From positions 1-63,365 of the forward strand of contig CAYTOI010000005.1 of the NCBI GenBank assembly GCA_964439805.1: a stretch of 63,365 nucleotides of DNA. Direction: 5' to 3'. The DNA comes from an uncultured Pseudomonadales bacterium (lineage in GTDB: Bacteria > Patescibacteriota > Microgenomatia > UBA1400 > MFAQ01). The notes below the pieces were generated by a model that was given only the letters and a program-made list of their open reading frames with translations, did not search any database and was not told the origin of the DNA. Both the position numbers and the translations under genes were made by a program. Below are positions 27,416-36,286 of the stretch, piece by piece. Every line of letters begins with the position of its first letter. The stretch's first letter is position 1.

Positions 27416-29036
27416 TTGTAGAAATGAATTTGTACATAATGTTTCCTGAAGGATCTTTGATGTTGTAGATTAACACATTATCGTCAACAGATTCGTCAGT
27501 AGAAACAATTAGAGTGTTGGGTGACTTTTTGTCTTCGCTGTAGTTAACTGATCTGAACTCATATTTTCCCATTTTTCTTACTGTACTAAAGCCAAACTTA
27601 TCTCTTGGAGTCATGACAAGTTCTTTTTGAAGTACCTCTGGAGGATATTGGAGGAAGAAGGCCATGAGGATATATGGCTGGTCGTAGCGATCTGAAATAA
27701 TTATTTTATCGTACTTATTGTAGTTTTCCTTTGTGTAGGCAGCAATTTGATCAAATCCGTATTGCCAGGCATAAGGCAGCTCTTTGGGGTAGTGAATGTA
27801 GTATTGATGTAGATACTGAAGCAAGGAAAAAGAACTCAAGAAAACTAGAACGCAAGACAGTAGGAGTTTAATAATTTTGTTAGTTTTAAGGTTTAGGAGT
27901 TCGGAGATGCCGAGAGCAGTAATTATACTAAGTGGAATGACCATGTTTTGGGCTCTGAGAGCGTGAGGGGACTGAAATGTCATCGCTGCCGCTACAGGAG
28001 AAACTAAAAACCAAAACAGGATAAACTTTTTCCATTTAAAGTCTAGCTTTAATAAATTGAATAGACCCAAGAAATAGAATGGAATCAAAAACAATAAGCT
28101 CTGGCCCATGCCCGGCACCTTACTACGTGCAATTTCATCACCACCTATAAATAAAAATCTTGGAGAAAAGTGCGATAAATAATTTCTTGTAAAGCGAAGT
28201 CCGTAGGAAAGATATTGATTGTGAATTAATCTCGTATAAAGACCGGCTGGGTGTTCGCGCCTTGCCTCTAGAGCTTGCCACAGTGGTCCAGAATCAGAAA
28301 ATACCGACACACCAGTAAAGCGGGACTGCCCTTCTTTGGAGAGCATTTGATAAGCGAGAGGAAGAGACGCAGCTACACCTATAAAAACAGCAGCCGCAAT
28401 TAGTGTGAAGTGCTTAGTTATTTGTGAGGATAAAGACTTCCAATAAAAAATTACTAGAGACAGGGAAACAAGTGGAGCGATAAGCCTAGATGAGTGATAA
28501 GTATAAAGACTTAATACCATACTAATGACAAAAAGGAAGAAGTACTTAGAATTTTCCAAACCTTTTAAAAATCCGTAAACTCCGAGAAGTATAAAAAATG
28601 TAGACACATTCACTTCCCAGCCACCGCGAGAAAATTGGAGATGCCAAGGTGAAGTGGCGAGTATGAAGGCAGAGATAATCGCGAGGTTGCTGTCAGATTT
28701 GGATTTTAACAACTTGTTAACAATTAAATAAACCAAATAGACGGAAATGGTGCCCAAGATAGCTGATGGAAGACGAACAGACCAGATGTTTAAACCGAGG
28801 AGCTTAACAAAAGGTAACACAATATAAAAGTAGACTGCTGGCTTGTAGTCGTCAAAACTTCTAAAGACCATGGGCCACCTTGTACCATGTTCATCCATAC
28901 CAGTTTTTATTAGAGACCAGGCGTTGTATCCTATGGCGGCCTCATCGGCATTTAAACCTGCTGGGTACCTGTCCAAGCTGACAATTCTAAGAACTGCTGC
29001 CAAAAAAATAATTAAAAAGATTAGGTATTTTCTCAT
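27405..29036 (-). CDS. Family-A GT-C membrane glycosyltransferase (ArnT/PMT_2-like)
   Basis: 543 aa. Motifs: 'LRIVSLDRYPAGLNADEAAIGYNAWSLIKTGMDEHG', central 'HFSPRFLFIGGDEIARS', C-terminal 'WQYGFDQIAAY'. Confidence 0.85.
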   Translation of the reverse strand: MRKYLIFLIIFLAAVLRIVSLDRYPAGLNADEAAIGYNAWSLIKTGMDEHGTRWPMVFRSFDDYKPAVYFYIVLPFVKLLGLNIWSVRLPSAILGTISVYLVYLIVNKLLKSKSDSNLAIISAFILATSPWHLQFSRGGWEVNVSTFFILLGVYGFLKGLENSKYFFLFVISMVLSLYTYHSSRLIAPLVSLSLVIFYWKSLSSQITKHFTLIAAAVFIGVAASLPLAYQMLSKEGQSRFTGVSVFSDSGPLWQALEARREHPAGLYTRLIHNQYLSYGLRFTRNYLSHFSPRFLFIGGDEIARSKVPGMGQSLLFLIPFYFLGLFNLLKLDFKWKKFILFWFLVSPVAAAMTFQSPHALRAQNMVIPLSIITALGISELLNLKTNKIIKLLLSCVLVFLSSFSLLQYLHQYYIHYPKELPYAWQYGFDQIAAYTKENYNKYDKIIISDRYDQPYILMAFFLQYPPEVLQKELVMTPRDKFGFSTVRKMGKYEFRSVNYSEDKKSPNTLIVSTDESVDDNVLIYNIKDPSGNIMYKFISTNAK

Positions 29037-30646
29037 TAAGGTTTGGTTTTGATGACTCTAAAAATAATTTTATGGTCTGGTGTTTCAATCTGTCTAAACA
29101 TGCTGACATTGTCTCCTGTAATGTCGTATTGATTATCAATATTACCTTCAGAGCCGACAAACATTGTGTCTTTCATTCTATTTAACTCGCTGACACCAAA
29201 TTGATGAAATTGAACATTCCCCACCAATCCCACCTTACCAACATCTAACCCGCCATCAATAAAGCTATTATTTTTTTGATAAGTAATTGGATCGTATTGG
29301 GTGTAAAAAAGATAGTAGATATAAGGTTGGCCTAAAACATCAGTAAACAAAACAGTTTCGGTTGGATTATCCTTGATGAGCTGAACTGCCTGCTTATAGC
29401 CATAATTAAATTCCTTGGCAAAAATAGTTTGAGAGTGATAAATATACAAATCAAAAATATAAATGGTACACAGTGTGTAAAGGATGGCGAATGGAACAAA
29501 AAATATCTTTGGAGCCCTAAGCAAGTAATATATGCCCAAGGCCGAGATAATTGCCCAAGGAAATGCCATAAAAAGCGATCTTAGTGGTGAGTATTCTGCC
29601 AACGTAAGAGAGGCAGGAATGGGTGAAATTAAGAGCATGCCTAAGACAAGAGTTTTTTGTTTTAAAGTCGCCTCTTTGGCCAAATACACAAGCCCAGCAA
29701 AAATGAATACAATCTCTATTGGATTTAATAAACCTAAACCTGGAAGATGTGCCCTTTCTGACACTGCAACACCTTCGTAAAACAAAACCTCGGGAGAAAA
29801 ATAATAACTATAGCGAGAAATAACTAATTGTGTTGTTAAAAGTTTTTGATTATGAAAGATTACGTTGTCAGCTACTATTTTTGGTTTGTAGTTGAAAATA
29901 CTAAGAGTTGAAAGTCTGTTCCCTGCTGAGCCAAACAAAGCCCCAATATATATCCAACAGCCAAAAAGTATAAAGGGCAATAAAAATATAATTCTTTTTG
30001 GATTTAAATATTGAACAAACTGGCTTAAAAAGTCTTTAAAATAAATAGCAAGTAAAAGCAAATAAACTAGAGGCACTAATAGCTTTGCACCTTGGTACAT
30101 TGCCAAAGAAACACAAGCCAAGAAAAGTGTTGGATATGCAGTGGACTTGCCTTTTACAAATCTGACGAAAAAATAGACACCAAAGAGCAAACAGCTTACA
30201 AAGACGTTTGTTTCCCAAGCACCATGACTGAAGTGAACCAACCAAGGAGAGACGGCAGTCATTAATGCAGCAATTTGTGCTAGAAGTTCAGGCTGGTCTG
30301 TTGTTTTTCTGGGAAAAAGCTCTTTAACTAGAAGATAAACTCCAAAAATGCTAAAGATTCCAAATAGCGCAGCGGGAAACCTGACTGCAAACTCATTTAA
30401 TCCAAATATTGCCACAGAAGGAACAGTTAAGTATATATACGCACCTGGTTTGTAATCCCCAAAGCTTTTAAAAATAACAGGTAAAAAAGCGCCATGCTCA
30501 TCTCTGCCTGTTTTGAGAATTGAGTAAGCGTTATAGCCTATGGCCGCTTCATCCCATGTTAAACCGTTTGGAACTGTTGAAAGTTGATAAAGCCTAAGAA
30601 AAGTGCCGATCGCTAAAGCCAAGATTAATAAAAAATATTTTTTCAT
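29036..30646 (-). CDS. Family-A GT-C membrane glycosyltransferase
   Basis: 536 aa. Motifs: 'LRLYQLSTVPNGLTWDEAAIGYNAYSILKTGRDEHG', central 'YFSPEVLFYEG', C-terminal 'FNYGYKQAVQL'. Its TAA shares 1 nt (TAATG) with the next gene's ATG. Confidence 0.85.
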   Translation of the reverse strand: MKKYFLLILALAIGTFLRLYQLSTVPNGLTWDEAAIGYNAYSILKTGRDEHGAFLPVIFKSFGDYKPGAYIYLTVPSVAIFGLNEFAVRFPAALFGIFSIFGVYLLVKELFPRKTTDQPELLAQIAALMTAVSPWLVHFSHGAWETNVFVSCLLFGVYFFVRFVKGKSTAYPTLFLACVSLAMYQGAKLLVPLVYLLLLAIYFKDFLSQFVQYLNPKRIIFLLPFILFGCWIYIGALFGSAGNRLSTLSIFNYKPKIVADNVIFHNQKLLTTQLVISRYSYYFSPEVLFYEGVAVSERAHLPGLGLLNPIEIVFIFAGLVYLAKEATLKQKTLVLGMLLISPIPASLTLAEYSPLRSLFMAFPWAIISALGIYYLLRAPKIFFVPFAILYTLCTIYIFDLYIYHSQTIFAKEFNYGYKQAVQLIKDNPTETVLFTDVLGQPYIYYLFYTQYDPITYQKNNSFIDGGLDVGKVGLVGNVQFHQFGVSELNRMKDTMFVGSEGNIDNQYDITGDNVSMFRQIETPDHKIIFRVIKTKP

Positions 30647-32418
30647 CTTATGGAAGTAATTATAAGGGCTGGAGATCCATCTAGATTACTTATTATTTTT
30701 TCAACCTTTGCGTTAGTGGGAATATGATCGGGTGAAGTTATCAACAGACTGTTTGCAGAAGGAATAATTGTTCCACTCTCTAGTTTGAAACTGCCAACCA
30801 AATCTCTAGAGATATTCCAATCATTTATAAAATAGACGTTATCAATTTTATCCGTCCAGAACCAGTCTGATTTTTTGAAACGAATGTTGCTAAGGTTAGG
30901 CTGCATCAGTTTTGGATCGAGTTTGGTGAAGAATGCGTAAAACATGTGCGGTTCAGCTAGCCTTTTGGTAACAAAAACATTTTGATAGTTTTGTCTGTTA
31001 TTTTTTATATATTCAACAGCCTCTTGATATCCAAACTGCCAAGATTGAGAGTATCCAGTAACATATGAGTTGAAATACATTCCAGAATAGCTTGCAAAAC
31101 ATATTCCAATTATTATTAGTATTGTTGGAATAAAAAATTTAAATTTTTGTATCTCTGATAATTTTAATATTGGTAAGGTGGCAAAGATAATAAGCACTGG
31201 TATCATGGGGTTTGGTCTAAGTGCCTGGGGCGGGTCAGCGGTAAGTGAGGCTGCTACAGGAGACAATAGTAGCCACAGAAAAACAAATTGGTAGTTTTTA
31301 TTTGAGATGTTTAGTAAAACAAAAACCAACCCGATAATCGCCAAAATGGTGACAGGAAGAGTCAGCATGTTTTGGCCAGGAATAGCAAACTGAGTCTGTG
31401 ACCCTGTTGATTGCCATAAAAATTGTGGAGAAAAATATTTTAAGTAATTACTTGCAACAGTTTTTGCAAAAAAAATCGGTCTGTTGTAAACAAATTTTGC
31501 GATTATAGGAGAAAGAGAACTTGCTGTTCTCATCTCCCCTATTTGGAAGACTGTGTTTTCTGTAAGAATTTGAAGTTTTCCATATCGGGCAGTGGCCTCT
31601 CCGGAAAAGATTTGGGAGGTGACTATGGTGATGGAAAGGATAAAAAAGATGAAGGAAAATATTGATATTATTCTGGATTGCCACAGCACTTTGTGCTTCG
31701 CAATGACAAACTTATTTTTTATTTCTTTTCTAAAAATTAATAGTGTGGCGAGGAGCATTAAAGGAACGAAAACTCTTGCTGTATTGTAAGTATGGAGAGA
31801 CAGACTGAGGAGAAGGGAGGAATATAGTAGTGCAGAGTGCGAGGTTTTTGGTGCTGAGTTTAAGTATTTAATAAGAAAGTAGAAGCCAAAAATAATAAAG
31901 GTAAGAGCGAGGTTGGCCTCTAAAGCGGGACGAGATACAAAAAAGTGCCAGGGGGAGATGGCGAGGAGAAAGGCTGCGAGTAACCCGAATTCGTCATTGC
32001 GAGGAGTAGTCGATGAAGCAATCCCCGACGCGGAGATCGCTTCAGCACTTTGTGATTCGTGATGACGACCGAATAACTTATTTGTTAGTAAATAAATACC
32101 TGGAATGGCTAATGTACCAGCCAAGGCAGAAATGAATCTAACGGCAAAAGCATTTAAACCAAAAATCCAAACTGGAATAGTTGTGAGGTAAATGTAAACA
32201 GGTAGCTTGTAATCCCCAAAAGCCTTAAAAATAAGTGGGAATCGAGCCCCCCATTCGTCCATTCCTGTCTTTAAAATTGCATAAGCATTGTAACCGTGAC
32301 TTACTTCATCCCAATTTAATGACGGCGGGAAAGTACCAAGTTGCCAGAATCTCAATACTCCTCCAAAAAAAACAATTAGAAATAGCAAAATATTTTTTTG
32401 TCTAGTATTTAAATTCAT
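30643..32418 (-). CDS. Family-A GT-C membrane glycosyltransferase carrying an in-frame insertion
   Basis: 591 aa. Motifs: 'LRFWQLGTFPPSLNWDEVSHGYNAYAILKTGMDEWG', central 'YFSPQFLWQS', C-terminal 'WQFGYQEAVEY'. An extra segment 'GRHHESQSAEAISASGIASSTTPRNDEFG' is absent from the paralogues. Confidence 0.85.
   Translation of the reverse strand: MNLNTRQKNILLFLIVFFGGVLRFWQLGTFPPSLNWDEVSHGYNAYAILKTGMDEWGARFPLIFKAFGDYKLPVYIYLTTIPVWIFGLNAFAVRFISALAGTLAIPGIYLLTNKLFGRHHESQSAEAISASGIASSTTPRNDEFGLLAAFLLAISPWHFFVSRPALEANLALTFIIFGFYFLIKYLNSAPKTSHSALLYSSLLLSLSLHTYNTARVFVPLMLLATLLIFRKEIKNKFVIAKHKVLWQSRIISIFSFIFFILSITIVTSQIFSGEATARYGKLQILTENTVFQIGEMRTASSLSPIIAKFVYNRPIFFAKTVASNYLKYFSPQFLWQSTGSQTQFAIPGQNMLTLPVTILAIIGLVFVLLNISNKNYQFVFLWLLLSPVAASLTADPPQALRPNPMIPVLIIFATLPILKLSEIQKFKFFIPTILIIIGICFASYSGMYFNSYVTGYSQSWQFGYQEAVEYIKNNRQNYQNVFVTKRLAEPHMFYAFFTKLDPKLMQPNLSNIRFKKSDWFWTDKIDNVYFINDWNISRDLVGSFKLESGTIIPSANSLLITSPDHIPTNAKVEKIISNLDGSPALIITSIR
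31991..32068. repeat. 78-nt GC-rich palindromic element embedded in frame in the GT-C gene
   Basis: 7-bp terminal inverted repeats: TCGTCAT (31991..31997) and ATGACGA (32062..32068). There is an internal imperfect hairpin GAAGCAATC...GATCGCTTC (about 32015..32041) and an ATTGC...GCAAT pair. The stretch is visibly more GC-rich than its flanks. Confidence 0.55.
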
Positions 32419-34099
32419 AAAAAAGTGGCTCGCCTGAATGTAGTTTTATTATGTCACTATTTTTGGCAACCGACTTGAACTCTGTATTGAGATACTCAAG
32501 CATGGTTAAATAGTAAACTGCATTTTCTAGCTGATCTGGTCTTTTGTTTCTGTAATCTATTAATGATGCTATGTATAAATTTGTATCTCCAAAACGAATT
32601 CCATCTAAATCATTTTTTCCATCTGTGTTACTAAAAGCTGTTCCAGACTTTACAAAAGACTGAAATTTTTTTGGATCGAATTTGTTGTAATATGCATAGA
32701 AAATTAATGGATATTCATTTTTTGGAGATATTACCACTGGCTGACCACTATACGTGCCGGCCTTTAGAGCTAATTCTTTCATCCCTGAGCTCCATGATTT
32801 TTCTGAATCGTATCTATAGTGAAAAATGTAGTCATGTCCAAAAAACAAAGATTCAATGATTAGTGAAAATAAGAATATATAGAATATCAATCTATAGTTT
32901 TTGAATATATAAGAGAAGCCTACTGAAGAAGTCAATATTAATGGAAGTAAAAACATAAATGACCTACTTGCGTGAGCAAACCCCTCTCTCGTTATTGCAG
33001 AAGTTGATATTGATACAACTGAAAATATAATCAACAAAAACAAAAACTTATCTTTTTTGTTCCTGATCAAATAGTAAATACCAAAGAATAATAATGGTAA
33101 GAAATTTCTATAGATCATCCCCCAGTTTTGAACCGAGTGTCGAAGATTTGGATCCCCATTTGTAAAAAGGAAATCTGTAGAAATCAGACCAAAGAAGTTA
33201 TCTAATAATTTTTTAAAGTAAAATACTGGCTTATTGTGAAATATTTTTGAATAAATGGAGGTTGTAGCGCCGACAACTAAATTTGGCCCCAAGTCTTGTA
33301 CTCTTTGGTAGTTAACCTCAGACCCGGCAACCGGATCAGTGAAAATTGAGATGTAGTTGAACCTTGAAGCAGTGCCTCCATTGATAAACATTAAAATTAC
33401 AGGGATAAACAAAAATATAGAAAACAATTTCGCATATGAATTTTGAATTAAATGCTTAAATGAGTTCGGGAAAAATAACAAAAGAATTGGGTAAAAAATA
33501 ATAGCCATCTTGGCGGTGTTGTAAACCATGGGAGTTAACCCCAAAACAATAAAGGAGGTTAAAAGATAAAAGTTTTTTTCTTTGATTAAATATTCTGTAA
33601 ATAAATAAAGCCCTGAGACCACAAAAAAGTAAAGTAAGGCTAGTGAAAAACCAATTCTAGAATATGTTAAGTGCCAAGGAACAATAGCTACTAGAAAGGC
33701 AGATATATAACCCAAATAAGGCAAATCTAAGTCAAAGATTTTTCTTGATTTTAAATTTTCTACAAAAAGATAAGTCATTAAAATTCCAAGCGTGCCAAAA
33801 ACTGCTGGTACAAGGCGAATGGCAAGATCTAGATTTATTCCTAAAAAACTGGCCAAGGCTATCAGATAAATAGGTATTGGGGGTTGGACATCACTAAATG
33901 AGTGGAACTGTATTGGAAAGCAAATTCCAGAGTAATCACAGCCAGTTTTGAGAAGTGAGTATGCTTGATAACCCATATCTACCTCGTCAGAAAAAAGACT
34001 TATGGGCAGCTTTAATAAACCTACCAATCGGAGACTGCCCCCTAAAATTAAAATTACTAGCAATGGCCAGTATTTTTTTAATGCAACTTTGATGTCCAT
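32402..34099 (-). CDS. Family-A GT-C membrane glycosyltransferase
   Basis: 565 aa. Motifs: 'LRLVGLLKLPISLFSDEVDMGYQAYSLLKTGCDYSG', central 'ISTDFLFTNGDPNLRHS', C-terminal 'WSSGMKELALK'. Confidence 0.8.
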   Translation of the reverse strand: MDIKVALKKYWPLLVILILGGSLRLVGLLKLPISLFSDEVDMGYQAYSLLKTGCDYSGICFPIQFHSFSDVQPPIPIYLIALASFLGINLDLAIRLVPAVFGTLGILMTYLFVENLKSRKIFDLDLPYLGYISAFLVAIVPWHLTYSRIGFSLALLYFFVVSGLYLFTEYLIKEKNFYLLTSFIVLGLTPMVYNTAKMAIIFYPILLLFFPNSFKHLIQNSYAKLFSIFLFIPVILMFINGGTASRFNYISIFTDPVAGSEVNYQRVQDLGPNLVVGATTSIYSKIFHNKPVFYFKKLLDNFFGLISTDFLFTNGDPNLRHSVQNWGMIYRNFLPLLFFGIYYLIRNKKDKFLFLLIIFSVVSISTSAITREGFAHASRSFMFLLPLILTSSVGFSYIFKNYRLIFYIFLFSLIIESLFFGHDYIFHYRYDSEKSWSSGMKELALKAGTYSGQPVVISPKNEYPLIFYAYYNKFDPKKFQSFVKSGTAFSNTDGKNDLDGIRFGDTNLYIASLIDYRNKRPDQLENAVYYLTMLEYLNTEFKSVAKNSDIIKLHSGEPLFYEFKY

Positions 34100-34117
34100 A
34101 TATAAATTATATTCTAA

Positions 34118-35707
34118 CTATTTAAGGTTAGTTTTTGTTATTCGATATGCTGGAGATCCATCTGGATAATTAATTTGTTTTATTAAGGTCAAGTTATTGT
34201 CTTTAATTTGCTGGAGAGATATCGCAAGGCTGTCTCCTATTAGGTATTGTTCAATTTTTTTATCTTCTGTCCAGTTAATCCCCCTTGTTGTTAGCCTGCC
34301 AATAATCTTGGTAGTATTTCTTCCCATGTAAGTATAGTAATTTTCATTACTAACTTCAAAATTATTTTTTTGATATTGAACAGGATCAGCATTTAAATAC
34401 ACCAATAGCTGGCTGTATGGTTCAGCTCTGGCATTGTCCACGACGATTGGTAACTGAGGGTTAAATTCATTTTTAATTACATCGGCCACTTGTTGCCAGC
34501 CATAATCCCAGTAAGGAGCTCTGTAGTACTCATTTAATAAATAGCCAGAACTATACAGTTTAAGAATAGAATATGTGAGCAACAATACAATTACGACAGT
34601 TTGAATTTTGAAAGAAATTTTTTTTAGTAACACTATAGCTGAAAGTGCACATATGATTACGTAGGGAATAACTAAAGGTAGTGAGCGAATAGTAGAGAAT
34701 GGATCTCTGGTTAAGGATGCTGGGATAGGGGCAATGATCAAAAACAATATAATAAATTGCTTTAAGTTGGATGAAATTTTTTTGGTAAACAATAAGTACA
34801 ATCCATGAATGTAAAGGGGAAGTTGCCATAAGTAAAAAACAGACAAACCAGGAAAAGAACTTCTTGGACCTGCATCGCCTAGCCAAAATAATTGTCGAGG
34901 TGAAAAATAAGACAGGTAAAGCGATGGCCATTCTTTTACCCCCCAGCTGTTAACCCCCGAAAAAATTCCTAAAGTGGAAACTCTGGCTAAAAATCCTGGA
35001 GTATTAATTATTCTTAGTGTTGGCAGGGTAATAATAAAACCAATTAGAACACTTAATACTGAGTAGAAGAGATATTTTGAAGAAAAAAGGATTTTGAAAT
35101 ATTTAACTAATAAATACAACAAAATAAGTGGAACCAAAATTCTCTCAGAGTGATAAGCGGGTAAGGCTATGGCAAAGAAAATGCCAGAAAAGATCAGCAC
35201 TGCGGGCTTTTGCAAGGAAACCTGGAAAAGATATATCCCTAAAAGTAGAAGGAACAGAGCCACGTTACATTCGAAATTTGTTCTTCCAAATAATATGTGC
35301 CATGGTGAAATTGACAGGAACAGTGTCGAAAGTAAGGCTAAATTTTTTGAATCCTTTGAGTTATCAGATAATTTTAAAATTAAAAAGTACAAAAGTGGTA
35401 ATGTCAAAATACTAAAGAAAAATGAGGGGAAACGAATTGTAAAAGTATTTAAGCCAAATATTGGAATGATGGGAGCAATTAGGTAAACATATATTGGTGT
35501 CTTAAAGTCGTTAAATGATCGAAATGCGGCTGGAAAAGGCATGCCGAACTCATCCTTGCCTGTTTTGAGTATGGAATAGGCGCTAAACCCTTGTCCTGCT
35601 TCATCCAAATACAAACCTGCTGGAGCCAATCCTAACTTATAAAATCTAACAACAAACCCAAGGATTACTACTAGCAACAAACTTACCGCATAAAAGTATT
35701 TATTCAT
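34118..35707 (-). CDS. Family-A GT-C membrane glycosyltransferase
   Basis: 529 aa. Motifs: 'VRFYKLGLAPAGLYLDEAGQGFSAYSILKTGKDEFG', central 'YFSPRQLFWLGDAGPRS', C-terminal 'WDYGWQQVADV'. Its closest paralogue is 36283..37953. Confidence 0.85.
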   Translation of the reverse strand: MNKYFYAVSLLLVVILGFVVRFYKLGLAPAGLYLDEAGQGFSAYSILKTGKDEFGMPFPAAFRSFNDFKTPIYVYLIAPIIPIFGLNTFTIRFPSFFFSILTLPLLYFLILKLSDNSKDSKNLALLSTLFLSISPWHILFGRTNFECNVALFLLLLGIYLFQVSLQKPAVLIFSGIFFAIALPAYHSERILVPLILLYLLVKYFKILFSSKYLFYSVLSVLIGFIITLPTLRIINTPGFLARVSTLGIFSGVNSWGVKEWPSLYLSYFSPRQLFWLGDAGPRSSFPGLSVFYLWQLPLYIHGLYLLFTKKISSNLKQFIILFLIIAPIPASLTRDPFSTIRSLPLVIPYVIICALSAIVLLKKISFKIQTVVIVLLLTYSILKLYSSGYLLNEYYRAPYWDYGWQQVADVIKNEFNPQLPIVVDNARAEPYSQLLVYLNADPVQYQKNNFEVSNENYYTYMGRNTTKIIGRLTTRGINWTEDKKIEQYLIGDSLAISLQQIKDNNLTLIKQINYPDGSPAYRITKTNLK

Positions 35708-36286
35708 TTAAAAAAATAATCTTAGTTCGTAAAAAATCTCAAATAAAATAAGTAAAAAAAACAGAATTGTAAGTTTTTTTTGAGAGTTGAACATTTCTAT
35801 TAATCCTAAATATATTGCGACAAAAAAGAATGGCCATAATAAAAAATCTAGCATATGATGGTTGGCAAAAAACGAAAGCATGACAATGGCTAACAAAAAT
35901 AGATAAGCAATAATATTTTTGTATTTTCCTTTAAACTTAAAAATAAAAAACAACAGTGGAAGTATGACAAGCAAAGGTAACCTGATGTAATTTTGGCCAT
36001 TTACCACTTCCCTGGGATGAGAACCAAAAAAGTAATAGTTTGGGTCTAGAAAATCAAAAAGATTATCAAAATACTTATTTGAGATTATTACAAGCTTGTT
36101 TTGAAAAAATCTTGCTAAAGGAATATTGGGGTAAATGTTAATGTTTCGAAGTACCAGCTGCCTCGCTTGGTAATCTGATTCAAATATACTTTTTATGTCT
36201 GTAGCTGAACCTATATTTTGTGCACCAAAGTTTGATATCCAAATAGACAAAGACAAAATGGTTACAACCATGATTAATTTCTTCAT
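35708..36286 (-). CDS. Small membrane protein resembling the central loop plus following helices of family-A GT-C proteins
   Basis: 192 aa. Layout: N-terminal anchor, loop 'LARFFQNKLVIISNKYFDNLFDFLDPNYYFFGSHPREVVNGQNY', then 3-4 TM segments. It is paralogous to 39274..40089. It abuts both neighbours (0-nt gap and 4-nt overlap). Confidence 0.5.
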   Translation of the reverse strand: MKKLIMVVTILSLSIWISNFGAQNIGSATDIKSIFESDYQARQLVLRNINIYPNIPLARFFQNKLVIISNKYFDNLFDFLDPNYYFFGSHPREVVNGQNYIRLPLLVILPLLFFIFKFKGKYKNIIAYLFLLAIVMLSFFANHHMLDFLLWPFFFVAIYLGLIEMFNSQKKLTILFFLLILFEIFYELRLFF

